Below, one piece after another: positions 22,048 through 31,663 of a stretch of 64,000 bases of DNA. The position numbers and the translations under genes were made by a program. This DNA comes from Sulfitobacter sp. (GTDB taxonomy: Bacteria > Pseudomonadota > Alphaproteobacteria > Rhodobacterales > Rhodobacteraceae). The notes under the pieces are model-generated. The model had not been told where the DNA came from. It worked only from the letters and a program-made list of their open reading frames with translations, and did not search any database. How positions within the stretch are numbered: the stretch's first letter is position 1; every line of letters begins with the position of its first letter. The stretch is from assembly GCA_029252045.1 (NCBI GenBank), contig JAQXCD010000004.1:5675-69674 (forward strand). The letters are read 5' to 3'.

Positions 22048-22463
22048 CGCGGGACGGGAACCATCGTGCCTTGCAGAATTGCAATCAGGGTTTGGACGCC
22101 ATCTTTTTCCGCATGCACTTCGGCTGTTACAACGCTTAAGCGCTTGCCCGCTTTGATAACGCGGCCTGTTGCAATCAGTCGATCACCGCGCGCAGGCGCG
22201 AGAAGGTTGAGTTTGATCTCGGCTGTGACAACTTCCATATCAAGCGGGAGCATTGTGAGGGCAGCATAGCCGGCAGCACTATCCCCGATGGAAAAGGTAA
22301 GACCAGCGTGTCCAAAACCTTGATGTTGGCGGGTTCCTTCGAGAATGGGACAGGTGATGCGCACCAGACCGTTTGAGACCTCTGACAGCTCCGCACCAAT
22401 TGTGTGCATCATGGTCTGTGCAGAAAAGCTGGCGGTTATGCGGTCTGTGATGTTGTCGTCCAT
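22044..22463 (-). CDS. PaaI-family thioesterase
   Basis: HQGFGHAG...GDSAAGYAA and EIKLNLLAPA motifs. Confidence 0.88.
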   Translation of the reverse strand: MDDNITDRITASFSAQTMMHTIGAELSEVSNGLVRITCPILEGTRQHQGFGHAGLTFSIGDSAAGYAALTMLPLDMEVVTAEIKLNLLAPARGDRLIATGRVIKAGKRLSVVTAEVHAEKDGVQTLIAILQGTMVPVPR

Positions 22464-22466
22464 GTT

Positions 22467-23129
22467 TTACCTCGGCATTGGAATAGCGGTTGCTGTAGGG
22501 CCGGTTAGCACAGCGATTGCCTCTGGGCGCATCAGAGAACTCAATATGGGTGATTGTGCCCGCAATCCGCCCGTATAGGTGCCGTATGCGGGCAAAATGA
22601 CCCGGTTGCTGTCGATGAGAAAGGCTGGGCGTGTGATGTTACGCCCACTCAGCTCTAATGTGGCTTTCGGGTGGAAATGACCTGAGACCTCACCAATTGC
22701 GGCTTGCCGTGCAATGTGGCGGAAGGTCAGAGGCGCCAGCGGCAACTCCGCCAGATGGGAGCCCCCAAATTCGATTGGCCCCGGATCGTGGTTCCCCTCG
22801 ATCCAGACCCAGCGGCGACCGGCTTGTAAACGGAATACCCAGTCGCGTTCTTCCTGTGGCAGGGAGCGAGCGGCGTCCAGATCGTCGAAGCTGTCTCCAA
22901 GGCAGATAACAGTTCGCGCATGACACAGGGCCAAATCAGCAGCAAGACGGTTTAGAGTGTCACGTGTATCATAGGGTGGCAAAGCTGATCCGCCGCGCCG
23001 AGCAATCCGTTCTGATTTACCGAGATGGAGATCACTGAAAACCATTAAACTTTGTTCTGGCCACCAAAGTGCACCAGAGGCCAGTGCCTTCAGCCCTACA
23101 CCGGAAAGAGTGAAGTCATAACCATTCAT
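22467..23129 (-). CDS. pdeM: Ligase-associated DNA damage response endonuclease
   Basis: SDLHLGK, LGDSFDD, GNHDP and GHFHPK metallophosphoesterase motifs; adjacent to the DEXH helicase. Confidence 0.88.
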   Translation of the reverse strand: MNGYDFTLSGVGLKALASGALWWPEQSLMVFSDLHLGKSERIARRGGSALPPYDTRDTLNRLAADLALCHARTVICLGDSFDDLDAARSLPQEERDWVFRLQAGRRWVWIEGNHDPGPIEFGGSHLAELPLAPLTFRHIARQAAIGEVSGHFHPKATLELSGRNITRPAFLIDSNRVILPAYGTYTGGLRAQSPILSSLMRPEAIAVLTGPTATAIPMPR

Positions 23130-23203
23130 CCTGAATATGTGCCGCAGGCTGTCTCACACCACAAGGGATGAACGATAGGTAGGCTAATGGGGTTACTGTC
23201 GGA

Positions 23204-23399
23204 TTGGGATATGAAAAAGGGTGCAAGGTGGGCCGAGCAGCATTAACGCGTCCTTAACCTTGCTTTGAAATGGTGCAAGGTGCGGTACAGGTATGGGAAC
23301 CGATGGCCGTAAAGGGTGCAAGGCGCGTCGCCTCGGGTGGGTCAAGGCTTTCCTTAGACGCGCCTTCATTCGTTGCTTGCACCCTTTTTCATATCCCAA
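23204..23399. repeat. 196-bp element bounded by perfect 24-bp inverted repeats (MITE/REP-like)
   Basis: TTGGGATATGAAAAAGGGTGCAAG (23204-23227) and its exact reverse complement (23376-23399). Internal GGTGCAAGG occurs three times, plus an inner hairpin AAGGCGCGTC/GACGCGCCTT. Confidence 0.8.
23243..23258 (+). promoter_or_regulatory. CtrA-type box TTAA-N7-TTAAC inside the repeat element
   Basis: TTAA CGCGTCC TTAAC matches the alphaproteobacterial CtrA consensus. Confidence 0.4.
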
Positions 23400-23431
23400 G
23401 AGCAACACTGGCTCTGGGGGTGCAGGTTCCG

Positions 23432-25885
23432 TTAGTTCCCTACTCTCCATTCTGGCTTGTTGGATGGGGGTAGAGTGATTTGCGCTAGGCCGGATGTTTC
23501 CATGAGCTGGCGGGCTTCTTCTGCCAGCAGGCGTTCTTCGGCAGCACCTTTGACAGGGACGCGGCCCATTTCCATAAACATAGGTGCGGCAAGCGGCGTC
23601 ACTTGGCTTAGGGCGAGGTGATCGATGCGTCCCTGGGTGCGTGTCAGCATTTCTTCGACACGACCAAAGTCGACCAACCCATGGAGCGCTTCTTCGCGGG
23701 TGATGTCCAGCATGAGGTGATCGGGGTCGTATTTCGTGAGGGTGTCATAGAGGATATCCGAACTGAAAGTTGCCTGACGCCCTGACTTGCGGGCTTGCGG
23801 GCTATTTCGCTGGATCAAGCCTGCGATGGTAGCGGTCGCCCGAAAGGTGCGTTTCATGACGGCATTTCCAGCCAGCCATTTTTCCATCCCGTTTTGAAGT
23901 GCCTTAGGGTCCAGGAGTGGGATGGGATCGGTGACAGGATCGAGGCTCCAGATAAGAGTTGCATAATCAGTTGCAACAAAACCTAAAGGACCAAGGCCCA
24001 ATTCTTCCATGCGTTTGGTCAGCAGCAGGCCCAGTGTTTGCTGGCCGTTGCGGCCGGCAAATCCGTAGATGACTGTCTGGGCGCGTCCGTCGTGCGGGAA
24101 GCTCTCGACCAGCAAGCGGCCTGGCTGGGGGAGTTGGCTGCGGCTACGTTGTAATTTCAACCAATGAGCTGTGTGATCGGGTAAATCGGGCCAGCAGTCT
24201 TGGGTGAACAAGCGTTGCACGCGCGCGCTGAGTTGGGTGGAGGTGGCGAATTTTGTGCCCATGAAGGTTGCGACTTTGGGTTTCTTTGCGCTGTCACGGG
24301 AGACTTCGACGGTCATCTCGCGCAGGCCTTCGTATTTTACGATTTGCCCACCGATCAGGAAGGTATCGCCGGGAGTGAGGGTCGCGGCGAAGCCTTCTTC
24401 GATTTCGCCCAGTGGTTTGCCGCCGCGGTTACGCTTCAGGCGCACTTGGAGTGTGTCAGTGTCCTGAATGGTGCCGATGTTCATTCTGATGGCGCGGGCT
24501 GTGCGGGGATCGCGGAGCTGCCATTGCCCGTCTGGCCGTTGGATCAGGCGTTGCCAGCGGTCATATGCGCGTAAAGCGTAGCCGCCTGTTGCGCAGAAAT
24601 CGAGGCAGGCGTCAAACTGTGCGCGGGAAAGACCGCTATAGGCTCCTGCGGATGTGACTCCGCGGTAGAGTGTTTCGGGATCGAAAGGACCTGCGCATGC
24701 CCTAATCAGGATATGCTGGCACAAGACATCACGGGGGGCTGCGCCGCGTGGGTCACCGTCAAGTGTGCCGTCCAGCACGGCCTCAAGGGCTGCGATACAT
24801 TCGACAACCTCAAAGCGGTTGGCGGGCACGAGCAAGGCTTTGGATGGTGCGTTGTAGCGGTGATTGGCGCGGCCGATGCGCTGGACAAGGCGTTTGACAT
24901 TTTTAGGGGCGCCGATCTGGATGACCAAATCCACATCTCCCCAGTCAATCCCCAGATCGAGGCTGCCGGTGCAAACAATTGCGCGCAGCTCACCCCGTAC
25001 CATAGCGGCTTCGACGCGCGCGCGTTGTTCGCGGTCTAGGCTGCCGTGGTGGATGCCGATGGGCAGGCTTTCGTCGTTGGCGAGCCAGAGTTTGTGAAAG
25101 AAAATCTCGGCCTGTGCGCGAGTGTTGTGGAAGATCAGGGTTGTGTTGTGGGCTTTGATTTGGTCGAGCACTGCGGGGATAGCATAGGCTGCGCCGCCCC
25201 CGGACCACGGCGGGGGAGCTTTGGTACGCAACATCTGGATGTCTGGGGCGGGGCCGGGATCGGCGAGCAGTATTTCGCAGGGATCGGGGTGGCGGGCCAT
25301 AAGGTGGGCGATGGCGGCGGGGTCCTCGACCGTAGCGGAAAGGCCCACGCGTTTGAGGTTTGGGCATATCGTGTTGAGCAGCGCGAGGGCGAGCATCATC
25401 TGATCGCCGCGCTTGCTCTCGGCCAAGGCGTGGATTTCGTCGATGACGACGCGTTTGAGGCCCGAAAACATCCGCGGTGCGTCCTCATAGCTCAGCAGGA
25501 GTGCGAGGCTTTCGGGGGTTGTCAGAAAGATGTGTGGCGGATCGGCGCGTTGGCGTTTGCGAAGAGTGGCTGTGGTCTCGCCGGTGCGTTCTTCGATCCG
25601 GATGTTCAGCCCCATTTCGGTGACGGGGGCCGTCAGGTTGCGTTTGATGTCGGCTGCAAGCGCTTTGAGGGGGGAGATATAAAGGGTGTGCATGCCTTTA
25701 TGATCCTTCTGCGCCAGATCAATCAGCGTGGGCAGGAACCCTGACAGCGTTTTGCCGCCGCCTGTAGGTGCGATGAGCAGGAGGGCGGGTGCGTCGGCGC
25801 GCTCCAGCATGGCTTGCTGGTGCGGGTGTATGGACCAGCCTTTAGAGGCGAACCAGCTTTGAAAGGTTTCGGGGAGTTTGCACAT
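23432..25885 (-). CDS. Ligase-associated DNA damage response DEXH-box (Lhr-like) helicase
   Basis: APTGGGKT, IDEIHA, GLSAT, HHGSL and QRIGRANH motifs. Start set at MCKLPETFQSWF. Confidence 0.92.
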   Translation of the reverse strand: MCKLPETFQSWFASKGWSIHPHQQAMLERADAPALLLIAPTGGGKTLSGFLPTLIDLAQKDHKGMHTLYISPLKALAADIKRNLTAPVTEMGLNIRIEERTGETTATLRKRQRADPPHIFLTTPESLALLLSYEDAPRMFSGLKRVVIDEIHALAESKRGDQMMLALALLNTICPNLKRVGLSATVEDPAAIAHLMARHPDPCEILLADPGPAPDIQMLRTKAPPPWSGGGAAYAIPAVLDQIKAHNTTLIFHNTRAQAEIFFHKLWLANDESLPIGIHHGSLDREQRARVEAAMVRGELRAIVCTGSLDLGIDWGDVDLVIQIGAPKNVKRLVQRIGRANHRYNAPSKALLVPANRFEVVECIAALEAVLDGTLDGDPRGAAPRDVLCQHILIRACAGPFDPETLYRGVTSAGAYSGLSRAQFDACLDFCATGGYALRAYDRWQRLIQRPDGQWQLRDPRTARAIRMNIGTIQDTDTLQVRLKRNRGGKPLGEIEEGFAATLTPGDTFLIGGQIVKYEGLREMTVEVSRDSAKKPKVATFMGTKFATSTQLSARVQRLFTQDCWPDLPDHTAHWLKLQRSRSQLPQPGRLLVESFPHDGRAQTVIYGFAGRNGQQTLGLLLTKRMEELGLGPLGFVATDYATLIWSLDPVTDPIPLLDPKALQNGMEKWLAGNAVMKRTFRATATIAGLIQRNSPQARKSGRQATFSSDILYDTLTKYDPDHLMLDITREEALHGLVDFGRVEEMLTRTQGRIDHLALSQVTPLAAPMFMEMGRVPVKGAAEERLLAEEARQLMETSGLAQITLPPSNKPEWRVGN

Positions 25886-25982
25886 GGCATGCAAGATAGC
25901 ACTGGAGCGCAAGGGGGCCAGCCCCAATTGGCGCAAGCGCCAATTCCCCCGGAGGATATAGGGCCAAGAAAGATAGAAAAGA

Positions 25983-26777
25983 TCAGCTGCGGGGTTTGAG
26001 GGCTGCGATTGTGCGTTGGACTGTTTCGGGCAGCGAGAGATCCGCGCCGATGGGGGCTGCATCCAGCGCGCTGGCCACGTCTTTTACGAGGATTGCAATT
26101 GTGTTGTCAGGCTCCAGCCCGTCGCGGGCGAATTCGATGCTGTTGAAGCCGGAGGCGAACCAGTTTTGCCCTGACGAAGTGTGGATGAGGTCGAGCAGGG
26201 CACTGGTGTCGAGGCCGGCGTCATCCGCCCAGTCAAGAACCAGGCGCGTCATTGCGGTATTGGAGGCGGCCAGCAGGTTATTAAGGACTTTCGCTTGCAT
26301 GCCGGCGCCATAGTCGCCCATGCGGTGGAAGTGTTTACCCATGGCTTTGAAGAGGGGTTGGGCGGCATCCAAATCCGCTGTGTCCCCGCCGAGCATAAAG
26401 CTGAGCCGCGCCTCTTGGGCGGCAATCTTGGCACCTGACATGGGTGCGTCGATCAGTGCGATATGGGACGGGATACGCGCGCGCAGGTCGCGGACGTAGC
26501 GCGGGGAAAGTGTGGAGCTGATGATGATGCGGATCAGGCTGGGGATGGCCGCGAAATTCTGATCCCCGAAAAGAACATTTTCAGTTTGATCAATGTCGCG
26601 GACAACTGTGATCAGCGTGTCCAGGTCTTCTGAAAAAATCGCGATATCGTCCGTGATATAGGGCGCATCGCTGGGGACAACATCCTAGCCGCTGGCGGGT
26701 AGGCCTGCTGCGCGCAGGGCAGCCAACATTGGCGCACCCATACGGCCGCAGCCGGCGATACCTGTGAGCGAGCGCAT
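25983..26777 (-). pseudogene. NAD(P)-dependent oxidoreductase (3-hydroxyisobutyrate dehydrogenase family) with an internal stop
   Basis: GIAGCGRMGAPM...SG*DVV...IDAPMSG...KVLNNLL in one continuous frame, with TAG at codon 31 (26685-26687). Confidence 0.82.
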
Positions 26778-26781
26778 TGTG

Positions 26782-26970
26782 TTACTTCACGATATGTTCG
26801 TCTTTGACGAACATGTTGGCCCAAGCGCGGTCCATCAGGGCAGGGGACATTTGATATGGAATGCCCTCAAAATCGCAAATGGCGATGATCTGGTCGATCA
26901 GGAAGATCGGTTGGTAGTTGGCGTAGGTGTCAAAATCGTTTATGTATCGCGCTTCAGCGAAAGCAAAACA
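26782..26970 (-). pseudogene. C-terminal remnant of the ATPase usually found at the distal end of Roseobacter tad loci
   Basis: A startless 62-codon frame, ...YANYQPIFLIDQIIAICDFEGIPYQMSPALMDRAWANMFVKDEHIVK*, begins right at the cpaB stop. Family assignment is from memory. Confidence 0.6.
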
Positions 26971-26972
26971 CT

Positions 26973-27824
26973 TTAGTTTGTGCAGGGAATTGGCAGGTTA
27001 ACAACATCGGCGCCGCGGCGGGTCCGGATGGTGCAAACCTTTTCTGCAACTTCTTCTGGCGCTTGAACTTCGTCACGAATATCCAGCAAATCGCGCTGGT
27101 TTACTTCGATATCGCCTGTACCTTCGGAGACATCATCAACACCAACCAGTGCCAGAGACAGGCGGCCAGTCGATTGTGCCTGTGCCAGTGACGCGACCTG
27201 TGTTTGGTCAACAGCCACAGTAACGGTCCGCGCAATTTGGGCGCCTTCTACGTCGCCGGAGCTTTGGTCAACCGCAATCAAGGAGACTTTCGCTTCGATC
27301 AGTTTGGTCACTTCTGTCCGGTTCGAGCCGCCGCCGACTGCGCCGGTCCAATAGATGTCTACGCGGTCACCGGAGCGCAAAAAGCCCGACACGCCGGAGG
27401 ACACGTCAACTTTGATCGCAAATGCACGCATGCCGGGGTCAAGCTGTGAAGTCAGGCCTGCATCCTCACCGGGTTTTGTGATTTTCACGGCGAGCAGGGC
27501 TTCGAATTTCTCGATAGGGCGCAGAACGACGCGCGGCAAATCTGTATTTTCAGGGAAAAGCACTGCGATGTCTTCGTAATATCCTGCGGGCAGGGCTGCC
27601 AAGGGGAAGGGGACTGCCGTTACATCGTCTTTTGTCAGCTTCTCACCGTATTTAAGCGAGCGGGTGGTGACAAAAATGGTTTTCGTTGGGACAATCTGGG
27701 CCTTTTCCGCATCGGCGCGTGCCATTGCGGACTTATATTGCCCGATTTGACCTTTCGCGAGATACACCGCGCCGCCAGCCAACGCGATGCCGACTAACAA
27801 CACGAGTCTAAAAATCATACGCAT
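26973..27824 (-). CDS. cpaB: Flp pilus assembly protein CpaB
   Basis: N-terminal TM helix, SAF-like region, GMRAFAIKVD...GVSGFLRSGDRVD, and G.LSLAL. Confidence 0.92.
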   Translation of the reverse strand: MRMIFRLVLLVGIALAGGAVYLAKGQIGQYKSAMARADAEKAQIVPTKTIFVTTRSLKYGEKLTKDDVTAVPFPLAALPAGYYEDIAVLFPENTDLPRVVLRPIEKFEALLAVKITKPGEDAGLTSQLDPGMRAFAIKVDVSSGVSGFLRSGDRVDIYWTGAVGGGSNRTEVTKLIEAKVSLIAVDQSSGDVEGAQIARTVTVAVDQTQVASLAQAQSTGRLSLALVGVDDVSEGTGDIEVNQRDLLDIRDEVQAPEEVAEKVCTIRTRRGADVVNLPIPCTN

Positions 27825-27944
27825 CTTGTGTTCCTCTTTCGTTTGGATGTCTTGGCGCGCCCGCCAACTACTCGGGCTTCAATCACGATATCCGGTTTTA
27901 TGGCGCCTTCGATCCGCGTTCGGACCGGCGGGCGCCAAAGTGCC

Positions 27945-28145
27945 TTATTGGCCAGGGTTTCGTAACTGGTCCTGATCGGCTTCGGTCAGGTAGGTGCCGA
28001 TGGAAGCGCCCATGGCATCGCTGGATTGTTTGATCGCGACAAAAGCCGAAACAGTTACGATAATGATTGCGGCAGTAAGAACGACCCAATCAACGGTTAC
28101 GGCACCGTCTTCGTTTTTCGTAAAGGAATTGAATTTATGAAGCAT
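27945..28145 (-). CDS. Flp/TadE-like pilin
   Basis: F.KNEDGAVTVDWVVLTAA prepilin motif; ATG at 28145. Confidence 0.8.
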   Translation of the reverse strand: MLHKFNSFTKNEDGAVTVDWVVLTAAIIIVTVSAFVAIKQSSDAMGASIGTYLTEADQDQLRNPGQ

Positions 28146-28257
28146 TTTGACATTTCCGCTGAATGTTTTCGTTACACTGAACTGCGCTAAACGCGACAGG
28201 GGGCTGCATTCCATGCAGAACGCAGCCCCCTGAAGAATTTAGGTGCTTTGGGGAAAC

Positions 28258-28470
28258 TTAGTTTCCAGCAGCCTGCGTGCCGAAGTCAGCCGCGCCAACA
28301 GTCTGTGCGCCGAGGAACGCGCCTGTGTTGGCTGTCATGTCTGCAGCGCCGTCACGGATGGAACCGTAAGCAGCAATCACCAGGCCAACAACAGCAGCTG
28401 TCAGAACAACCCAGTCAACTGTTACTGCGCCGGATTCGTCATTCTTGAAGTTTTTTACGAAAGTCATCAT
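28258..28470 (-). CDS. flp: Flp pilin (major subunit candidate)
   Basis: FKNDESGAVTVDWVVLTAAVVGL; GGAGG ribosome binding site upstream. Confidence 0.85.
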   Translation of the reverse strand: MMTFVKNFKNDESGAVTVDWVVLTAAVVGLVIAAYGSIRDGAADMTANTGAFLGAQTVGAADFGTQAAGN

Positions 28471-28831
28471 TTTAGTATCCCTCCAAAGGATTTTTTAAGG
28501 TTTTAAGTTCTCACCCCGCCTTGCGTTCCGGCCCGCTCTCATTCAGGCCTGCTTGACTTGGTATGACCCTATATAGCTGTATGATTGGGGCATGAATTTG
28601 ACAGCAAATGCGGCATTTGCTGCGGTAAGTAATTATTCTAGATAAAATTCACTAAGCTGATGATAAATATCAGTTTTAATATCCAGATTTCGATCTTCTA
28701 GTTAATGTTTGCGGCTCAAACACCGCAATTATGTCGAAATCGCCATGATTGACTGCCTCATTTACTGGATTGATGGTCTGTTTTGCGCGATATTGGCGTA
28801 AAAAAGCAGTCAATAAACGAGAGCAGGCAGC

Positions 28832-29506
28832 ATGAAACGCACTTTTCTACCGCTGGCACTGGGTGCCGCGATGGCTTTTTTGCCTGTGGGGGCTGTTGTT
28901 CATGCGGATTCGCCCAAACCATTCGCAGATTTCAAGCCAAAATTCGTAAAACCGCCCAAAGCTGGTGAGCGAAAGCGCGTGAATGTCAAAATAAACCGCC
29001 CCGCTGTGAATGTTACACCGCCAGTTGCGGCCGAATCTGCGGTAGCTGCCGCGCCTTCAGGAGAAATTGCACGGCCCAAGGCAGGACAGTACGATTGGTT
29101 CTGGGATAAAGTATCGCCCGGGCTTGCGCTCGCCGTGATTTCTGTAGAATCGTCGGGGCGCACGGACGCAGTAAGTAGTGCAGGTGCGCAGGGGCTGATG
29201 CAATTGATGCCGGATACGGCCAGTCGCTTTGGTGTGGTTGATAGTAGTGTCACACAGCAAAATATCTCGGGCGGGGTCAAATATCTTGACTGGCTTATGG
29301 GAGAGTTCGCCAACGATCCTATTCTGGTGCTGGCCGGATATAATGCGGGGGAGGGGTCTGTGCGCAAACACGCAGGCGTGCCGCCATTCGCCGAGACACG
29401 TGATTATGTGCCAAAAGTGCTGGCAGCGTTTCAGGTGGCCAAGGGGCTTTGTAAAACGCCGCCCGAGTTGATCTCGGACGGCTGTGTGTTCAATCTGATG
29501 AAATGA
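28832..29506 (+). CDS. Tad-associated lytic transglycosylase (SLT) with a probable in-frame internal deletion
   Basis: VES catalytic motif, GAQGLMQLMP, AGYNAGEG and ETRDYV. WFWDKVSP runs directly into GLALAVISVES. Confidence 0.82.
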   Translation: MKRTFLPLALGAAMAFLPVGAVVHADSPKPFADFKPKFVKPPKAGERKRVNVKINRPAVNVTPPVAAESAVAAAPSGEIARPKAGQYDWFWDKVSPGLALAVISVESSGRTDAVSSAGAQGLMQLMPDTASRFGVVDSSVTQQNISGGVKYLDWLMGEFANDPILVLAGYNAGEGSVRKHAGVPPFAETRDYVPKVLAAFQVAKGLCKTPPELISDGCVFNLMK

Positions 29507-30127
29507 TCAGACCAGTGTAGCCTGCGTGGCTGCGCGCAGCTCTTCTTCCGTTACGCCCTCGGCGCATTCAACAATGCGCAGGCCGCCTTCGACCACATCC
29601 AACACGCCCAGATTGGTGATGATGCGGTCAACCACACCTTTACCTGTCAGCGGCAGGGTGCATTCCTTCAGCACTTTGCTTTCGCCGTGCTTGTTGGCGT
29701 GGTCCATCACAACAATCACGCGGCCAACGCCGGCCACTAGATCCATCGCACCGCCCATACCTTTGACCAGCTTGCCCGGAATCATCCAGTTTGCCAGATC
29801 GCCGGTCTCGGAGACTTCCATCGCGCCAAGGATCGCCGCAGCAATCTTGCCGCCGCGGATCATCGCAAAGGATGTGGCGGAATCGAAGTAGGCTGTGCGG
29901 TCCATCTCGGTGATGGTCTGCTTGCCTGCGTTGATCAGGTCAGCGTCTTCGTCCCCTTCAAACGGGAAGGGGCCCATGCCCAACATGCCGTTTTCGGATT
30001 GCAGGGTGATATCCTTGTCGCCGACATAGTTCGCCACCAGCGTCGGAATACCGATACCAAGGTTCACATACATGCCGTCTTCCAACTCAAGCGCGGCGCG
30101 TGCCGCCATCTGATTACGATCCCACAT
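29507..30127 (-). CDS. scoB: 3-oxoacid CoA-transferase subunit B
   Basis: [21 protein letters not shown] and GMGGAMDLV motifs. Confidence 0.93.
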   Translation of the reverse strand: MWDRNQMAARAALELEDGMYVNLGIGIPTLVANYVGDKDITLQSENGMLGMGPFPFEGDEDADLINAGKQTITEMDRTAYFDSATSFAMIRGGKIAAAILGAMEVSETGDLANWMIPGKLVKGMGGAMDLVAGVGRVIVVMDHANKHGESKVLKECTLPLTGKGVVDRIITNLGVLDVVEGGLRIVECAEGVTEEELRAATQATLV

Positions 30128-30129
30128 TG

Positions 30130-30834
30130 TTATGCTCCCTCGCGTGTGCGCACTGTGCGCTGCTCGATACGTTTTTCGTGTGTGCCCTGAATGATGCGGT
30201 GCACATAGATGCCGGGCAGGTGGATGTTGTCGGGGTCAAGACTGCCTGTCGGCACGATCTCTTCTACCTCTACAATGCACACTTTTCCGCACATCGCGGC
30301 GGGCGGGTTAAAGTTGCGGGCTGTCTTGCGGAAGATCAGATTGCCTGTCTCGTCCGCTTTCCATGCCTTCACGATCGCCAGATCAGCAAAGATACCTTCT
30401 TCGAGTATATAGTCCTGCCCGTTCCAGTTCTTCACGTCTTTGCCTTCGGCAATCACAGTGCCCACGCCGGTTTTGGTGTAAAAACCGGGGATACCTGCAC
30501 CACCGGCGCGCATCCGCTCGGCCAATGTGCCTTGCGGGGTGAATTCAAGCTCAAGCTCGCCGGACAGATACTGGCGCATGAATTCCGCGTTCTCGCCCAC
30601 ATAGGACGAGATCATCTTTTTGACCTGCTTGGTCTGCAACAGGATGCCGATGCCAAAATCATCGACGCCCGCGTTGTTGGAGGCAAATGTTAGGTCTTTG
30701 GCGCCGTTTTCCTTGATCGCCTGCAACAGCAACTCGGGAATGCCGCAAAGGCCAAATCCGCCCGAGGCGATCAGCATACCGTCCGAGAGGACACCCTCCA
30801 GCGCCTCCGCAGCGTTCGCGTAAATCTTTTTCAT
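30130..30834 (-). CDS. scoA: 3-oxoacid CoA-transferase subunit A
   Basis: [25 protein letters not shown] and TARNFNP motifs. Confidence 0.93.
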   Translation of the reverse strand: MKKIYANAAEALEGVLSDGMLIASGGFGLCGIPELLLQAIKENGAKDLTFASNNAGVDDFGIGILLQTKQVKKMISSYVGENAEFMRQYLSGELELEFTPQGTLAERMRAGGAGIPGFYTKTGVGTVIAEGKDVKNWNGQDYILEEGIFADLAIVKAWKADETGNLIFRKTARNFNPPAAMCGKVCIVEVEEIVPTGSLDPDNIHLPGIYVHRIIQGTHEKRIEQRTVRTREGA

Positions 30835-30954
30835 GAAAGGATGCTCCCCTGATCCGTGAAGTGATTGCGGCAAGTTGTGACGCGGGGGTAGGGTGCTGTC
30901 AATGAGACGCTGCACTGCGGCACAGGGGATTTGCCGCAGTGCAGGTATGGCGGC

Positions 30955-31521
30955 TTAAAACAAGCGGACCTGCGTGCCGATTTCGGTCAGCGCAAACAGT
31001 TCCTCGATTTTGTGGTTATACAGTCCGATACAGCCGTCCGAGGATTGGCGCCCGATCTTGCGCGTGTCGTGGGTGCCGTGGATCAGATAAGCAGGCCAGT
31101 CCAAATACATCGCATGTGTGCCCAGCGGGTTGCCGGGGCCGGGAGGCATGTATTTCAGTTCCGGGTTCCGCTCGATCATCGAAGGCGTGGGCGTCCAGTC
31201 AGGGCCGACACGCTTGCGCACAATGCGGGTATAGCCGCGCTTGGTCAGCTCGTCGGTGCGTGGAACAGAAGTTGGGTAGATATTGTAGGTCTCTCCATCG
31301 CCGCTCCAAAAATGCAGCGCCCGCGATGTGAAATCCGCTACAATAGCGCCCTTGCCCAAGCTCTCAAAATGATCCTGCCAGCGTTGCGGCGAAAAGCTCA
31401 TGATGTTGCGGCGGGTGACTGTTACCTCGGCCGGTTGTGTGGCGAGCGCCAAAGACGGGGCGGCAAGGGCGGCACATGTTGTCAGCAACATCGTGCGGCG
31501 CAAATACTTGGGGTTGGTCAT
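30955..31521 (-). CDS. L,D-transpeptidase (YkuD), Tat-exported
   Basis: Twin-Arg signal LRRTML; PGNPLG; HGT...SDGCIGL catalytic motif. Confidence 0.9.
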   Translation of the reverse strand: MTNPKYLRRTMLLTTCAALAAPSLALATQPAEVTVTRRNIMSFSPQRWQDHFESLGKGAIVADFTSRALHFWSGDGETYNIYPTSVPRTDELTKRGYTRIVRKRVGPDWTPTPSMIERNPELKYMPPGPGNPLGTHAMYLDWPAYLIHGTHDTRKIGRQSSDGCIGLYNHKIEELFALTEIGTQVRLF

Positions 31522-31663
31522 TGCTCTCCTCACATTCAGTGTTTTGATTGTGATTAGACCTATCAAACACGTCGATGCGTACAACAATATGCTGGCCGGT
31601 TAACGGGAATGTGACCCCTGCGTGAGCAGCCCCGCGCGCTAAGTGCACGGGACTGCCTAAAAA

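Noticed and set aside
23204-23399. CRISPR array interpretation of the repeated GGTGCAAGG units
   Set aside because: The units are only 9-10 bp, irregularly spaced and nested in an inverted repeat, and there are no cas genes.
22467-25885. Helicase plus nuclease pair as a novel defence system
   Set aside because: It matches the known ligase-associated DEXH helicase/PdeM repair module that is common in proteobacteria.
28657-28673. FNR box
   Set aside because: The site is CTGAT-N7-ATCAG, not TTGAT-N4-ATCAA.
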